Below, one piece after another: positions 7,319 through 10,440 of a stretch of DNA of 10,440 bases. A model generated the notes under the pieces. The model was not told the origin of the DNA. It saw only the letters and a list, made by a program, of their open reading frames with translations, and did no database searches. The first letter of the stretch is position 1. Every line of letters begins with the position of its first letter. A program made the translations under genes and the position numbers. Location: NCBI GenBank assembly GCA_044868695.1, contig JBIOWP010000123.1, positions 1 to 10,440 of the forward strand, written 5' to 3'. This stretch comes from a bacterium. Its GTDB lineage: Bacteria; Sysuimicrobiota; Sysuimicrobiia; Sysuimicrobiales; Kaftiobacteriaceae.

Positions 7319-7345
7319 GGAGGGAAGAAGGCCAGGCTGACGAAT
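7319..7345 (+). promoter_or_regulatory. Putative SigH-like promoter (AGGG-N17-GAAT) for dnaG-rpoD
   Basis: AGGG at 7321-7324 and GAAT at 7342-7345, one mismatch from the SigH consensus AGGA-N17-GAAT. Confidence 0.35.
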
Positions 7346-7368
7346 GTTACGGTGTCGTCATCGTGAGG

Positions 7369-7402
7369 AGGGGGCCTTATCTCCGAAGAGATAGGGCCCT
7401 TT
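7369..7402 (+). promoter_or_regulatory. Strong stem-loop upstream of dnaG (possible weak intrinsic terminator/attenuator or translational control element)
   Basis: AGGGGGCCTTATCTC-CGAA-GAGATAGGGCCCTTT forms a 15-bp stem (12 Watson-Crick, 3 G-U) with a 4-nt loop. It ends 9 nt before the dnaG ATG and has only a 3-U tail. Confidence 0.65.
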
Positions 7403-7411
7403 GAACTGTTC

Positions 7412-9233
7412 ATGCGCGGGCGCCTGTCTGCCGATATCAAAGAAGAAATCCGCCACCGGGTCGACCTGGTCGAGCTGGCGAGTGCCCATGTCGCCCTCAA
7501 GAAGGCCGGCCGGCACTACAAGGGTCTGTGTCCATTTCACCAGGAGAAGACGCCCTCGTTCCACATCGACCGTGAGCGCGGCCTGTGGCACTGCTTCGGA
7601 TGCGGCGCCGGAGGCGACATCTTCGACTTCGTGATGCGGACCGGGAACCTGTCGTTCGCCGAGGCGGCGGAGACGCTGGCGCGGCGGGCCGGCGTGCGGC
7701 TGGAGCGGAACCCCGACGAAGTCCGCCAGGCGACCGAGCGCGACCGGCTGTACCAGGCGCTGGAGGCCGCGGCCGGGTTTTTCCGCGAGCGCCTGCAGCA
7801 TCCTGAGGTAGGGCAGGCCGCGCGGGAGTATCTGACGCGCCGCGGGGTGGACGGGCCGACGGCCGAGCGCTTCCGGCTGGGATACGCGACGCCGAACTGG
7901 GATGACCTGCTCCGGGCTCTGGCCGGCAAAGGCTTCCCCGCGGCCCTGCTGGCCAGCGGCGGGGTGGTGCAGCCGCGGAGCACCGGCGAAGGGTACTACG
8001 ACATGTTCCGGAACCGGCTGATGTTTCCGATCCTGGACCTTCAAGACCGGCCGGTGGCGTTCGGCGGGCGCGCGCTCGACGACACGCAGCCGAAATATCT
8101 GAACTCGAGAGAGACGGCGGTCTTCGTCAAAGGGCGGACCCTGTACGCGCTGAACTGGGCGCGCGACGCGGTCCGTCACCAAGATGAGGTTGTGATCGTG
8201 GAAGGTAACATGGACGTCCTGACCTGTCACCAGTTCGGCATCACGAACGCGGTGGCGTCGCTGGGAACGGCGCTCACGCTGGACCAGGTGCTGGTGCTAA
8301 AGCGGTTTGCCGGGAAAACGGTGCTGGTCTATGACGCCGACGCGGCCGGCCAGGCGGCGATGGAACGCGCGATGAGTATCTTTGAGGAGGCCGACCTCCC
8401 GGTGCGGGTCGTGGTGCTGCCCTCAGGCGATCCCGACGGGTTCCTGCGCGCCGAGGGTCCGGAGAAGTTCCGGGCTCTGGTGGCCGCAGCGGTGCCGATT
8501 TTCGACTATCAGGTCGGTTTGGTCGCCGGACGGCATAATCCGAAGAGCGTCGAGGGTAAGGTACGTATAGTGGACGAGCTCCTCCCCGCCGTGGCGGCGG
8601 TGGCGAACCCGGTCCGCCAGGCGGAGTATCTGCGCAGCCTCGCGCAGCGGTTCGACCTGGCCGAGGACGCGGTGCGCCAGCGGCTGCGGACGCGGCTGCG
8701 GGGTAGGGCGCCGGGAGGGGGGGCGCCGCCGGCGGCGCCGGCGCCCGATCGGGCCCGGTTCCAGGCGGAGCGCCTGCTGGTCCATGTGATGGTGCATGAG
8801 GCGGCGGTCCGGCGGGTGGTCGGGGACGCGCTGGGGCCGGATGACTTCCAAGACGAGCGGCACCGCGGGCTGGCCCGCGCCCTGCTTGAGGCCCCGGATG
8901 CCGACGCCGAGACCCTGCGGGAGCGGGTCGCAGACGCGGAACAGCAGCGCCTGCTGATGCAGCTGGTCTTTGAAGATCTGCCGCTGCTGGAGCGGGAAAA
9001 GGAGAAAGTGGTCTACGACGCGGTCGAATACATCGCCCACCGGGAACCGGCGGCGCTGCAGCGGCTGGCCGTGGCCAGGCAGATTCAGGAGGCCCAAACG
9101 GCCGGAAATTTGGAGCAGGTTCGCAAGTTGCAGATGGAGTATTTAAAACTGGTTGGCCTCTCTCCGGCAGAATCAGCCCTGCGGCCGGGGACGGGCACAC
9201 AGCGGATCCCCCCGCAGAAGGGGGGTGAGGGCG

Positions 9234-9256
<23 letters not shown>
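7412..9256 (+). CDS. dnaG: DNA primase DnaG (614 aa)
   Basis: Zinc finger CPFH.EKTPSF...[49 protein letters not shown] and a C-terminal helical domain. Lies directly upstream of rpoD. Confidence 0.98.
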
Positions 9257-10334
<1,078 letters not shown>

Positions 10335-10337
10335 CGC

Positions 10338-10440
10338 ATGGAGTTCCACGTCAAAGATCCCGATCTCGTCAAGGGGGGCCGGCAGCGTATTGAGTGGGCG
10401 GACACCGAGATGCCGGTGCTGCGGCGGATCCGGGAGCGGT
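10338..10440 (+). CDS. ahcY: Adenosylhomocysteinase (SAH hydrolase), 5' fragment running off the right edge
   Basis: Manual translation from ATG 10338, 3 nt after the rpoD stop: MEFHVKDPDLVKGGRQRIEWADTEMPVLRRIRER..., matching the AhcY N-terminal pattern VKD..L...G...IEWA..EMP.L..IR. Not in the ORF track. Confidence 0.88.
   Translation, partial: MEFHVKDPDLVKGGRQRIEWADTEMPVLRRIRER

Noticed and set aside
7344..7394. 16-codon ORF MLRCRHREEGALSPKR ending inside the dnaG leader hairpin
   Set aside because: No suitably spaced SD, and its ATG lies within the putative -10 box, upstream of the predicted TSS. Likely chance.
9153..9233. 27-aa N-terminal extension of RpoD from TTG 9153
   Set aside because: A strong SD precedes ATG 9234, and the extension lies inside dnaG with no sigma-like sequence.

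Overview
GC-rich bacterial chromosomal window that is almost entirely a co-oriented (+) housekeeping cluster. Gene order: folD (true start probably GTG 290), folC, class I lysyl-tRNA synthetase, D-2-hydroxyacid dehydrogenase, divergent EF-G paralog (EF-G2 type), dnaG, rpoD/sigA, and the 5' end of ahcY (SAH hydrolase). A divergent membrane-protein gene starts at 166 on the minus strand and runs off the left edge. The ORF track misses both edge genes. The short SigA without a non-conserved region, the GGTGA-type SD sequences and the class I LysRS suggest a high-GC Terrabacteria lineage (inference only). I see no mobile element, CRISPR array, RNA gene or clearly new multi-gene system. The most interesting signals are regulatory: a recurrent SigH-like AGG-N18/19-GAA motif before four genes, a 15-bp hairpin between the SD-like sequence and the dnaG start, a hairpin hiding the sigA SD inside the dnaG tail, a structured low-GC folD-folC spacer with a coupled mini-ORF, and ahcY attached directly behind dnaG-sigA.
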